Both the position numbers and the translations under genes were made by a program. Positions 53,193-64,000 of a stretch of 64,000 bases of DNA are shown piece after piece (the first letter of the stretch is position 1; each line of letters begins with the position of its first letter). Location: contig NC_058368.1 of assembly GCF_018350175.1 (NCBI RefSeq), positions 164,736,001-164,800,000 on the forward strand, in the 5' to 3' direction. The stretch comes from Felis catus. Lineage: Eukaryota. The notes beneath the pieces were generated by a model that saw nothing but the letters and a program-made list of their open reading frames with translations, searched no databases and was not told where the DNA came from.

Positions 53193-55942
53193 TTTGGATA
53201 GTCCTTGGAGTGATGCGGGACTGCGGGGCACTTCCCCTGTGCTGTCTTGAATAACTTGCGTTGGTGGGCAGGGCCACAGTCAGACCTGATGTCTGCCCCC
53301 AGCCCACCACTGGGGCCACAGTCAGACTGGTGTGTGCCTTCTCTTCCCCTCTCCTAGGGGTGGGATTCACTGTGGGGTGGCATGGCCCATCTGGGCTACT
53401 TGCACACTGCCAGGCTTGTGGTGCTGGGATCTGGCATATTAGCTGTAGTGGATCGGCAAGGTGCACAGGGGCCGGAGAGGCAGGCTCAGCTAGCTTTTCC
53501 TTTGGAGATCTGCCCTGAGGCACCGGGAGGGAGTCAGACCCGCAGGAGGGATGGATCTGCAGAAGCACAGCATTGAGTGTTTGTGCGGTGCAAGCAAATT
53601 CCCTGGCAGGGTTCCCTTTGGGATTTTGGCTGGGGGATGGGCGAGGGAGATGGCGCTGGCTAGCGCCTTTGTTCCCCACCAAGCTGCGTTCTGTCATCCG
53701 GGGCTCAACAACTCTCCCTCCTGTTGTCCTCCAGCCCTCCCGCTCTCCGAGCAGAGCTGTTAGCTTATAACCTTCCAGATGTCAAGTCCCGCTTGGTGTC
53801 GGAACACACTCCGTCTGGCCCCTCCGCTTTTGCAAGCCAGACTCGGGGCCTCTGCTTAGCTGGCGGGCAGCCCCTCCGTCCCTGCTCCCTCCCACCAGTC
53901 CGTGTAAGGCGCACCACCTCTCCTCCCTTCCTACCCTCTTCCATGGGCCTCTACTCTGCGCTTGGCTCCGGAGACTCCGTTCTGCTAGTCTTCCGGCGGT
54001 TTTCTGGGTTATTTAGGCAGGTGTAGGTGGAACCTAAGTGATCAGCAGGACGCGCGGTGAGCCCAGCGTCCTCCTACGCCGCCATCTTCCTCAACATTTC
54101 ATTATTATAGCAGCCCTTTCTCTTGACAGATATCTATTCACAGTAAATAATTTCTTATTCTGAGGGTAAATATGCCTGCATGTAAACTAAACTAATAGTG
54201 CTAGTTTTGCTGTCTTGAACAACACAGAAGAAAAATCTCTTCCACCTGATAGTCCTTTTCATATTACAATGTGAAGCCTGTGCTCCATGACTTGTTTCTC
54301 TAGACTAAATTCTTCACATTTTTCAACTAGTTAAAATGACATTTTCTAGAAAAGAAAGACTTGGAGTGCCAAAGTGACATTAGGGACTTTTCAAATCCCT
54401 GATAAAATTAATAATTCGACCCTGGGTTGTTATTATTGCTCACCCTATAAATTCTACTTCATACAAATTGGTCTGTCCATATGTGGACTGGAGACTTTCC
54501 CACCTTTATGCTTATGTGCTTACCCCTGCCTAGAATTAACATTCATTTCCTGCCTATTCAAATCCTACCCATTCTTCATAATAACATATATTTAATACTA
54601 TGTGTATAAAATATCTAACGTTTTACATGTGTTATATTATTTAACTTAATAAAAACTGTGAGGGACCCTGTCATTCCCAATTTCACAGACAGAGAATGTG
54701 ATGCACATTATGCTAAAGGCACACAACGTGACAAATCCACATAGTTTCACTTTAACTACCTCATTGCCTTCAAAACCTCATTCATATGCTACCTCATAAA
54801 ATACATTTTTTTGTAGTAATCTTATATCTCTTTAGGGACAGTAACCAAGGTCAGGAGATCTTTAGATAAGCTAAATCTATGAGATATCTTTGGAAAATTC
54901 ATTTACAATGTTGTTGTATTAAAAAGGAGCATTCATAGGTTGAATATGGAAAAAGCAGCCAAGATTTAGAGTTTTCTAATCATGTGTTATAAATAAAGAG
55001 AATCAGGTTTAGAAAGGATTGAGAAATGAGCAAGATTCACAACTACAGGGATTACAGAATAAAACAAATGGCTAAAGAAGGACTTTTCAGAACAAAAACA
55101 CATATATAAAACCAGGTGCACTTTCATTTGTGCATCAGTTTGCTCAAAAGATAGAAAATAAAAATGCCAGATAGTGCAGGATAATAAAACTAAGTTATCT
55201 ACTTTGTATTGTTGGCATTTATTCATAAGCTGGGTGTTTATTAAAAGCATATCTAATAAATTATAATTTGAGCTCATATGATCAAGCTCACAATCAATAT
55301 GGGAACGGACTCCAGAAAGGCATAGATACCCATGGGCATGATTTATTGGGAAACATGAATGTAATAATCTACCACAACCTGTTCTCTGAACCCAATTATT
55401 AAAGACTCTTTCATATGCAAACTACACTCACACTCTCCCAGAACCCCCAAAATATCTCGTCTTTTCATGGTGTTTAAGAAAATGAATTTGGTGCTATTAG
55501 GAAGTATGAATAACTTTTAAGACTGGAAAGCTTAATTTTGTCTAGAAGGATAGAACTCTAGAGTGAAAGAGGGGAGAAGACTAGAAAAGGAAGAGAAAAT
55601 CAGCCCCTGACACCAGGAATGGATCTGGATACTAACATGTAGGCCACAGTGTTAGGAGCTGTCTTGGTATTTTCAGCTAGATTGCAGTATTCTTCTGGTG
55701 AAAATAAATAATTTCAGAGAACACAAACACAAGATAAAGACAGTTTGAAACCATAATGAAATGAAACAGACAAAAAAATCACCATTACATAATTGTGTCT
55801 AAGCACAAACAAAAACAAGATGATTATGATGAAAATACCCCTTTCGTGGCTAAAATTAACATCCACTAAGTACTTACCAGTGATAGCTTTAGCTTCACTC
55901 TAGTATTTCCTCCTTCTAGATAATATTAAGATATCAAATCTT

Positions 55943-56172
55943 TTTTTTTCATTTTTTTAAATGTTTTTATTTATTTTTGAAGGAGAGAGAGAGAGAGAGA
56001 CAGAGCATGAGCAGGGGAGGAGCAGAGAGAGAGGGAGACACAGAATCAGAAGCAGACTCCAGGCTCTAAGCTGTCAGCACAGAGCCTGATGCGGGGCTCG
56101 AACCCACAAGCTGTGAGATCATGACCTGAGCCGAAGGCGGCCATTCAACCGACTGAGCCAACCAGGTGCCCC
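55943..56172 (-). mobile_element. Carnivore SINE (felid type)
   Basis: Full SINE; perfect TSD AAGATATCAAATCTT at 55928-55942 and 56173-56187. Confidence 0.95.
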
Positions 56173-57509
56173 AAGATATCAAATCTTAAAGTCACTTCTA
56201 CTGCCTAAGAAAATTAAATTTAGAGCAAAACCTCACTTCTTGGAATCCTCCTTCAAATTACAGAACACAAGCCCAAATTCTACAATAAGCAGTTTCTAAT
56301 ATCCTCTTACTGAAATGCCCCATGGTTTCCCATAGTGTTCATTCTCTCTCAGTGTAGTGAGTCGATAAATCCACCCTGTTCTGTTAAAGGTGTATCATGG
56401 TGGTCTTTGGCTGGAGAACATTGGCATTGGCTCTGTCATACCTGAATTCCCTCATCTGCTCATCTTCATGAGGTCTGGGTGAAGATGAGGCTTCGCAATT
56501 ACAGCTACTCTTGATCTTAAGATCTCAAAACCAAAACAAGCAAACAAGCAAGCATCCACTCTATAAATGTAGACAAAGGCAGGATAACCATAAAAGCTGC
56601 TTGAATTCTTTCAAAAAGAGGAGGAGTGAGAGACTTTACTAAATGCCTCTCAGTAACGATTCTGAAATCTAGCTGAATGTAGGTTTACAGGGTCTCCTCT
56701 TCTAAGGGCAAGGAATATTCCTTGATTAGCATCCTGTTCTGTTCCCTGGGAATGGTCCCTAATCTATTATTCTCTCTAGTATTGATTCTACTCTCTGAGT
56801 GTTTGGCTCGGCCCTCTGAAATGTGTTTCCATTTTCTTAAGAAATGGGTGCATTTGAAGCTGAATAGATTTTTGAAGTCTAATCTCTGCAAAAAGTTGAT
56901 GGTCCAGAAGCTACTTTTTATTTTGGATTGTTTTTGATCTTTTGTATCCAAACTCACAACTATTGTAAAAAATTCTGTTTCCTGTGAATCTAATCATGGC
57001 TTATTACATGCTCTAAAAACCATATCCAAAATTCTTTGGGCTTGTTAGACTTCTGTGTAATAATATCTACAAGTTGTTGTTTTAGTTCCTTGCTTAAAGT
57101 TCATGTATTCAGACATTAACTTCACATTTCTAAGGTCTTAACACTCTCAAATGATCCTTAGTATGAAGACATTTCTTTGAGAATCTTCTGTTTTAGGCAG
57201 GCAGAAGGGGTTTCATTAAGAGTTTTATTTTTTGACCCACCAATTCTCAGGTGCTCTATATTTCCTTAAAATTCTAATTGAAAACTAAACAGTTCTTTCT
57301 TCACTTTATGTCTGTATTCCTGTACCTCTGTCTGTCTGACTGTGCAGCTAAAAGCAGCCAGACAACTCTGTACATGTTCTCCTATCACTTTGCCGCCACA
57401 GAACCCTCCTTCCAGCCTCCAGGAGTGGTTTCCTCACTGTCTTTTCAACTTTCACTAATGGTCTGTTCACCATTCCTCTACCCTCCACTCTGTGCCAGTC
57501 ACAAAATCA

Positions 57510-57985
57510 ATGCCATATGTTTAGTGTTTTTGAAGGGTCGCATCCCAGATTTAAGTTCCAGTTTCTCTTTCAGTTACTTATACTTAAAACAACAACTAGT
57601 TATTTGCTTGCTGTTCTACAGTCTGGGCTGAACTCAGATGGACGGTTTAGTCACATTGCACAGGTTCAGTCATCTAACCATTTAGGGCTAAGTCATCCAA
57701 AAAGGCTAGAGCCACATGGCTGGAAGTTAGCTGGCGCTGTAGGTCAGGGTACTTTGGTTCTCCTCCACATGGTCTGTTTTGACGCATAGCCTGGGATTTT
57801 TACAAAGCGGTGGCACTCTTTCAAGAAAACAATCACCAGTGCTGAAGTGTTTATCAGGCCTTAGCTTGTATCATTTTTGCTGATGCCTATTTACCAAAGC
57901 AAATCACAGGGACAAGCTCATTTAAGTAAGCATATACTAAGAGATATGAAATATTAGTGGACACTAATGTAATCACCTACCAATT
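57510..57985 (-). mobile_element. MLT1-type LTR relic
   Basis: CTTAAAACAACAACTAGTTATTTGCTTG...CAGTCTGGGCTG; TTCTCCTCCACATGG; CCAAAGCAAATCACAGG. Confidence 0.55.
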
Positions 57986-58970
57986 TTATCCATACGTACC
58001 TGGACAGTGGGTAATAATATTTTTTCTGGATTTTATATCTTACTTAAAATGAGATTTAGTTAGCTTTATAATAAAGATATTAACATATATTTAATGTTAA
58101 CATATCTTAATGAATTCTTTCCTATATAATCATGTTGTTTCAAAGACAGAAGTAATAAGTTTGGATTTGAATACATTTAAATGTTATACTTTATAATATA
58201 TATGGTTAAAATTTACAAGGTGATTTATAGCTTGTCAAAACAATAAAGACAAATTTCCAATATTGTGCTGCTAATATTTAATAATATTCTTATTTATTTT
58301 TTTCTCTCTTCACCTATATGCTGTGACACTGTACTAATATACTACAAGAATCTTCACAAATAGAAAATGCATGTAATTTCCATTTTACTTAAATACTGTA
58401 CTTATGAAGAAGAGTCAACACAGTTATTTAGGAAAATTCGTATTTGACCATTTTATTCAGTACTTATCTGATACTTTAATACATTTCAAAATAAAATTCA
58501 CACCATCATTCAAATTTACTTTATTTTCTGTCTTTCAAGAACAATGATTTCTCCATTAAATACTCTCCAAGAGACCCACTATGCATAACAATTTTAGAAG
58601 ATCATATTGCCAATGTGTTGTAACTGTCTAACATTTTTAAAAGTCCCAACTAGAAAGATTTTCTTTTTTTCAGTGAAGTACCAAATAACACAAATGCTTT
58701 CAGGTGCTTAGACTAGCTTAAAATCTATGTATTTGCCTTTATCTTCTAGTAATTCAAATGTTTCTAGCCACATAAAATTTGGCTAAATTAACAAATCCTT
58801 TCAGTAAATATAGCAAATAAAATATTGTAAGGAACACCCTTTCTTCTCCATTCAACACTTAGATAACGTTTGAGGTCACACAGACTTTATTATGTTTATC
58901 CCACCATCCCTGCTGGTATTAATAAAAGCCACATTTTATTTAAATTAACTATCTCCATCTCTTCCTATAG

Positions 58971-58987
58971 GCTCTTGTTCAGACAAG
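58971..58987 (+). other. Candidate 17-nt microexon
   Basis: Branch-like TTAAC, tract TCTCCATCTCTTCCTATAG, strong donor AAG/GTGAGC. Confidence 0.4.
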
Positions 58988-59576
58988 GTGAGCATAGATA
59001 ATAGTTTCCAGATAGTAAACATGCAAGCCCATGAACAACAACAACAAAGAAGAATGAAATAAATTGTTTCTTGATGTCTTATACCTAGGCTCACTTAATC
59101 AATTATAATTATAAATCCTCCACAATTTTATTTGATTTGTTTATTGCTGACACAGATAGCCACCAAGTAGGAAATCAGAAAATGGGGGAGAAAAAAAGAA
59201 GATAAGGCAGAATTTGTGATTTATTCTATTTCTTATCATGTATACATGAGTACTAATGAGGAAATGTATCACTGTCTGGTGCATGGATATGAGGGGATTG
59301 TGCTACTTCCTACTTACTTAGTTTCTAATATGTGAATGCATGTAGACATATAGGTACAGGAAAGGAGAAAATAGTGAGCAGAATAGAAATCCAGTACACC
59401 AATATCCCTTTCGATTTAATGAAGACATCTGGACACATAAACAGTGCTAGAATCTAAAATTCTGTGTGGAAGTTTTACTGGCTATTTTGCACAAATACTT
59501 GTTTTGTTGTGTCATTTGGAAAGAAAACAATAGGGCTTAAGGGAGAATAATGTTTGACAACAAAAAAGATATAGGA

Positions 59577-59688
59577 GGGGCACCTGCCTGGCTTAGTCAG
59601 TAGAACGTGCAACTCTTGATCTTGGGGTTGTGGGTGTGAGGACCACGTTGGGTGTAGATATTACTTAAAAATAAAATCTTGAAAAAAA
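59577..59688 (+). mobile_element. Short tRNA-Lys-derived SINE (same type as 5134-5250)
   Basis: GGGGCACCTGCCTGGCTTAGTCAGTAGAACGTGCAACTCTTGATCTTGGGG...CACGTTGGGTGTAGATATTACTTAAAAATAAAATCTT; TSD AAAAAAGATA. Confidence 0.82.
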
Positions 59689-60849
59689 GATACAGAATAT
59701 ATGGCTTACAATAAGAATCATGTCCGCTGAAAAAGTAGGGTCTGGCTATCTGAGACAGTATATTGAGCATGATGTGGTGAAACAGTAAAATGCTGAACTC
59801 TTGCTACTAGCCAGGAATAGGGATTATACTACATAAGCTTTATTGTGGATTTTATTATTGTTCTTAATGGAAATTTATTTTCAGAATGATCACATTCGGG
59901 GACTTGACTTCCTGAAAATATAAAACAGGCAGATGATCACACTTCCCAATACTGTAACATACAAGAAAACATATAGGGATAGAACCAAGTGCTCAAATTT
60001 AATGGAGGGAGAGATTGAGAGGGAGCAGGTAGAGCATGATACAGCCACTATAGGTTAGCAAGTAAACTGGGAAGACAGCAATGAAATGAATCCTTTGTTT
60101 TTACAGTTCCTCAGGTACTTGGACCAACTTAGAGAAAGTGTACATGAAATCATGTATAAACATGAATATATACAATATTACCAAGGGATTCTAGTTCAAG
60201 ATGGTGGAAAGAGCACAGCTCTTTGCCTCCCCTAGTCCTTATCTCATTTAGCTCAGTAAAAAAATCCCATTTACCCAGTAAAATAACTACCATAATAAAG
60301 GAGAAGAAGGGGAGTTAAAAAGGAGGTTGGGGTGGAGGCCACTGCAAGGCTGATAAAACAGAAAAAGGAATATTTTCATGAATTTCTGAAATATCCAAAG
60401 CAAAATGTGACAGTATCAGTAAATTAGAGCAGAGAAAACTCATACAAAAACACTTGAAGACAACAGCTACAGCAGAGGTGGAAACTAATGTATTTGGCAG
60501 AATGCAACAGAACCCAGGATCAAATTCAGGCTTCCAGGAGGCAAACAGGAGGGCATGAGAGGACCGTGAGGCAGATAATTATGGACAGAAATTGTCAGAC
60601 TACCCTAAGAACTGTCAGGTCAGTCAAAACCTCTCTTCCATGGATGCAAGGCTTCAGGCTGCAACATTTAATTCCCCCTGGAGTTCAGAGAAAGGATGAG
60701 TAAAAGTGGGAGATGTACCCCGGAGAGGGTACATAGTGTGGGTTTTGGAAAGGGGTGAGAAAAAGGGCAGATTCTAACATTGCTGTGGAGTACCACAGAG
60801 AGTCCAAGAGTGAATAAACTGAACATTTATCCACATAAGAAAGGAAAAA

Positions 60850-60911
60850 GATATATATATGTATATATATACATATATATATGTGATTTTCATTATATAT
60901 GTGTGTGTGTG

Positions 60912-60942
<31 letters not shown>
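60850..60942. repeat. Compound (TA)n/(TG)n microsatellite
   Basis: Directly visible. Confidence 0.88.
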
Positions 60943-61879
60943 GCTAAAAGTAAGTAATTAAGAAATCATTATTTTCTTTGTTGTTATTTTAGGATTCCTA
61001 GTTTCAAGCTAAAGGAGGATCACTCTCTTTTGAAAGTTTTTCTTTTTCCTTTTGGCAAGCAGAAGAATCTAGTTTACACAGTGGTCCCTGAGTAACTTGA
61101 CAGAGGGGCCTTGGTGTCAGGTCTGGAACTGTCTATTTATTCTTCCAAGGGCAGTGATAAGATAGAGATAATAAAATAAAGTGGATAAAGAATCATGAAT
61201 TGAAATAAATTTTCTGGATTATAGATTGAGCTTCTTTACTTTAAATAATCTATTTCATATTTGTTAATCCTCTTGCTTAATTCTGTCTAGAGTGGGAAAT
61301 AGTGGGTATGGATGAGTTAAACTAAAGGGCAGGCAAGAGATTTTGAACAGGAAGGTTTTGGAAGTTTTAACAGCTTGTTTATAATACTGGAAATTCTTAC
61401 AACAGAAGGTACATAATTTTTACAGGCTAACGTGAATGATACTTGTTCCCCTTCATCAGTATGGATAATCACAAACTGAATAAATAAGAATATATGTTCA
61501 TAATACTGTTAGAATCTGTTACTGTAATGGTATAAATACTGTTAATCAGATGAAATTGTATGACCTAAAAACATAAGGAAAATCACACAGACTTCATTTG
61601 TCCATCCATTTCCTACACAAATAACTACATTGATAAATAGAAAAGGATATAAAGGATATAAAACTCTTCCCGGTACATATTTACAAGTAAATTGTCAACT
61701 TTTAGCTTTACTTTAAACTGGGTTGTCATTGCAAGATTATGTTATGACTTTGCTGTCCGTTTATTATTTTATAAAGATCTTTAACATATTTATTTGGATT
61801 AATTCATATACCACCAAACTGACTCTTTTAAAGTGTGCAAGTCAATATTTTTAGTATACTGAGAAGTTACAAGATGAGA

Positions 61880-62120
61880 ACTAAAAATGGAACATTGGTT
61901 TTAGTGAACTAGAAGTCATCAAGGATCTTGTCAAGAGCAGTGTCCATGGAATGGTAGGGAAAAAAGACTGGGGTGGGTTTAAGAGAGAATGAAGGAGAGA
62001 AACTGGAAAACTCTCAAGTATTGAAAACCCTTTCAATAAGTTAAATTGTGTTGTAAAGGAGAGCAAGAAATAGAACAAGTAGAAGAATAAATAGGGTCAA
62101 AAGAAGGTTTATTTTTGAAC
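61880..62120 (+). mobile_element. LINE-2 fragment
   Basis: GAAGTCATC...CTTGTCAAGAGCAGTGTCCATGGAATGGT...GTGGGTTTAAGAGAGAATG is a typical L2 motif. Confidence 0.65.
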
Positions 62121-64000
62121 TTGGAAAATTAAGTATCTAGAGAAGTTCATAAATTGACACTAAAGTGTTACAAATGAAACTACAAATAATATTGGTTTGG
62201 TTTTTTTTTTCACTCTAAATTCTGAGAGCATAATATATACTTAATTTTTGTTTATTTTATTCCACATAGCATTCTTTCTACCTGATGTTGATAATACCAA
62301 ACTTTCATTGTGATGTTTTTCTCTTTTGATATCTTACTTACTAATAAGGCAGTGAAAATACTGTTTTTCCTTCTTAAGAAAAAATACTTAAAAAAAACAC
62401 TCTCTGCATTTTAATTCACAGCATCATGTCCCTGCTGAGTCTTAAATAAAGGAAAAAAAAGAAAGAAAAAGTTCTAAATGAAATTCTAAGAATCAGTAAT
62501 CAGGCAATTGTAATCAATTTTCCAAAACACATGAAAAGGAAGCCATCAATGTATTTTGCAACTCTTGCAGACTCTAGACTGATATTGATTTCTTTATTGA
62601 TTTTCTTAATATTTTCTGGGGAGTATTATATGTGCATACTAAGGTATTGGCATTTTAATATCTTTCTCTGGGGAAAAATGAATGCAAGTTTTTGTTAAAA
62701 AGAAATGCTAAGTAATTGCACATCAACTTCAATACAAACAGGTAAATGAAAGGTTGGCTGCTTTTGTTTATTGCGACTCATGTGTCTCCTGAGGCTTAGT
62801 TTCCCGGTAATCATTTTAAAAAGGCAAGTGTCTGTAGATTATTTACCTCTTTACAAGACTTTACAAGATCTTATAGGCACATGCCCCTTTTATTAAAACC
62901 TGATCATGATGTGCTAAATGTCAACAAAGTCATTTAATCATGCAGCACTATGCATGTTTTATAATGATTCCTTTTAGGGCTTTTACCAAAATGTTTAGCA
63001 GGCCCATCTCACAACTGTTTTGAAAGAAGTATGTTAGACTATGAATAGAAAAGCAGCAATGGATCCTTGTCTTCACTCTATTTGGTGTCTGCTTTTTGGG
63101 CTTGAAGATAATTAATAATGGCAAATGAAAAGCCAGAAAATAGGCTGTCATGTTCTATTTCTGAAAAATCTTGACATTAATGTCTTTTCAAGCTCTGTTT
63201 TAAAAAATATTTCCTCATCTTGCCATTGTTTCAAGATGACATGATAGTAATAATATTTTTGGATATTAAAAACAACAAAAACATTCAAAGATGTGTAATG
63301 AAAAGTATTATTGGAGAAGGCATTTTGTGATCAAAAAATAATATTTAGGTAAAAGTAACTTTTCCCAAAATATTGGAAACTTAATTTTTAAAGAACATCA
63401 TTTATGAGTCAATATATAGATGCATATATAAAGACAATGTATCCTAACTGAACTAGAAAAATTATCAGATAGCTATTAGATATTGACCTAAAAATTAACA
63501 TTTGCTCATTTTTAAAAATACAGCTTTCATGAAAGTAGTGCATAAGTTTATGCTTAAATATTGTTACGGAAAATCTTCTTCATAGATCTGTTTCAAGTTT
63601 CAACCATGATAATGCTTGCAGATGATAGAGTAGATATATCATAAAGTAATTTATCTGTAATTTCTCATATGGAAAACAATTTTAAAAAATCATGAAGTTA
63701 ATATGATGTTTTCATAGTAGGTGGAAATGTGTAATTGTCATTTATTCTTTAGAATAGAAGGCTACCCTATTATTTCAGACAAGACAGGAAATGCTGGGAA
63801 GATAATCACCCTGGCTTCAGAGGTACCTTATCCTTCATCAGATGTGAAGGTGAATATGACTTCTCCTGATTAGAATAAGAATAGATTTCTCAAAAACAAA
63901 ACCAAAGGAAACCATAGCAAACCTTAGTTAGGGTCATTTCTACAAGCAATCACTTAGAAAATAGACCTATTTTTATCTATTTTTGTTAATAAATCCTGAA

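Larger units (their letters stand above)
42228..54091 (-). mobile_element. Older full-length LINE-1 of the same lineage, interrupted by the young L1 (own parts 42228-43045 and 49024-54091, about 5.9 kb)
   Basis: 5'UTR 53193-54091 with YY1-type motif at 54078-54088; degraded ORF1 and ORF2; 3'UTR with AATAAA at 42248-42253 and a short A-tail. Perfect 15-bp TSD CAACATTTCATTATT at 42213-42227 and 54092-54106. ORF2 sequence is continuous across the inner insertion. Confidence 0.96.

Noticed and set aside
42228..54091. Tandem L1 duplication or misassembly as the explanation of the double L1
   Set aside because: The copies differ by many substitutions and indels, each has its own TSD pair and tail, and the inner one splits the outer ORF2 at a single point.

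Overview
AT-rich, CpG-poor mammalian genomic DNA, most likely from a felid (cat family), judged from carnivore tRNA-derived SINEs of the felid type and felid-like LINE-1. The main structure is a nested retrotransposon at 42213-54106. A young, full-length, apparently intact LINE-1 (43046-49008, minus strand; ORF1 297 aa, ORF2 1274 aa, long pure A-tail, 15-bp TSD) has inserted in the same orientation into ORF2 of an older, decayed full-length L1 of the same lineage, which keeps its own 15-bp TSD. Both L1 5'UTRs carry an antisense ORF reminiscent of primate L1 ORF0 (125 codons, intact in the young copy). The rest is a layered repeat landscape: 17 SINEs, older L1/L2/MIR/MaLR fragments, DNA-transposon relics and microsatellites. 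Two sites show repeated retro-insertion at the same target. Several small, phase-compatible plus-strand candidate exons suggest the window is intronic in a large gene that I cannot identify. Repeat subfamily names come from recall, not alignment.
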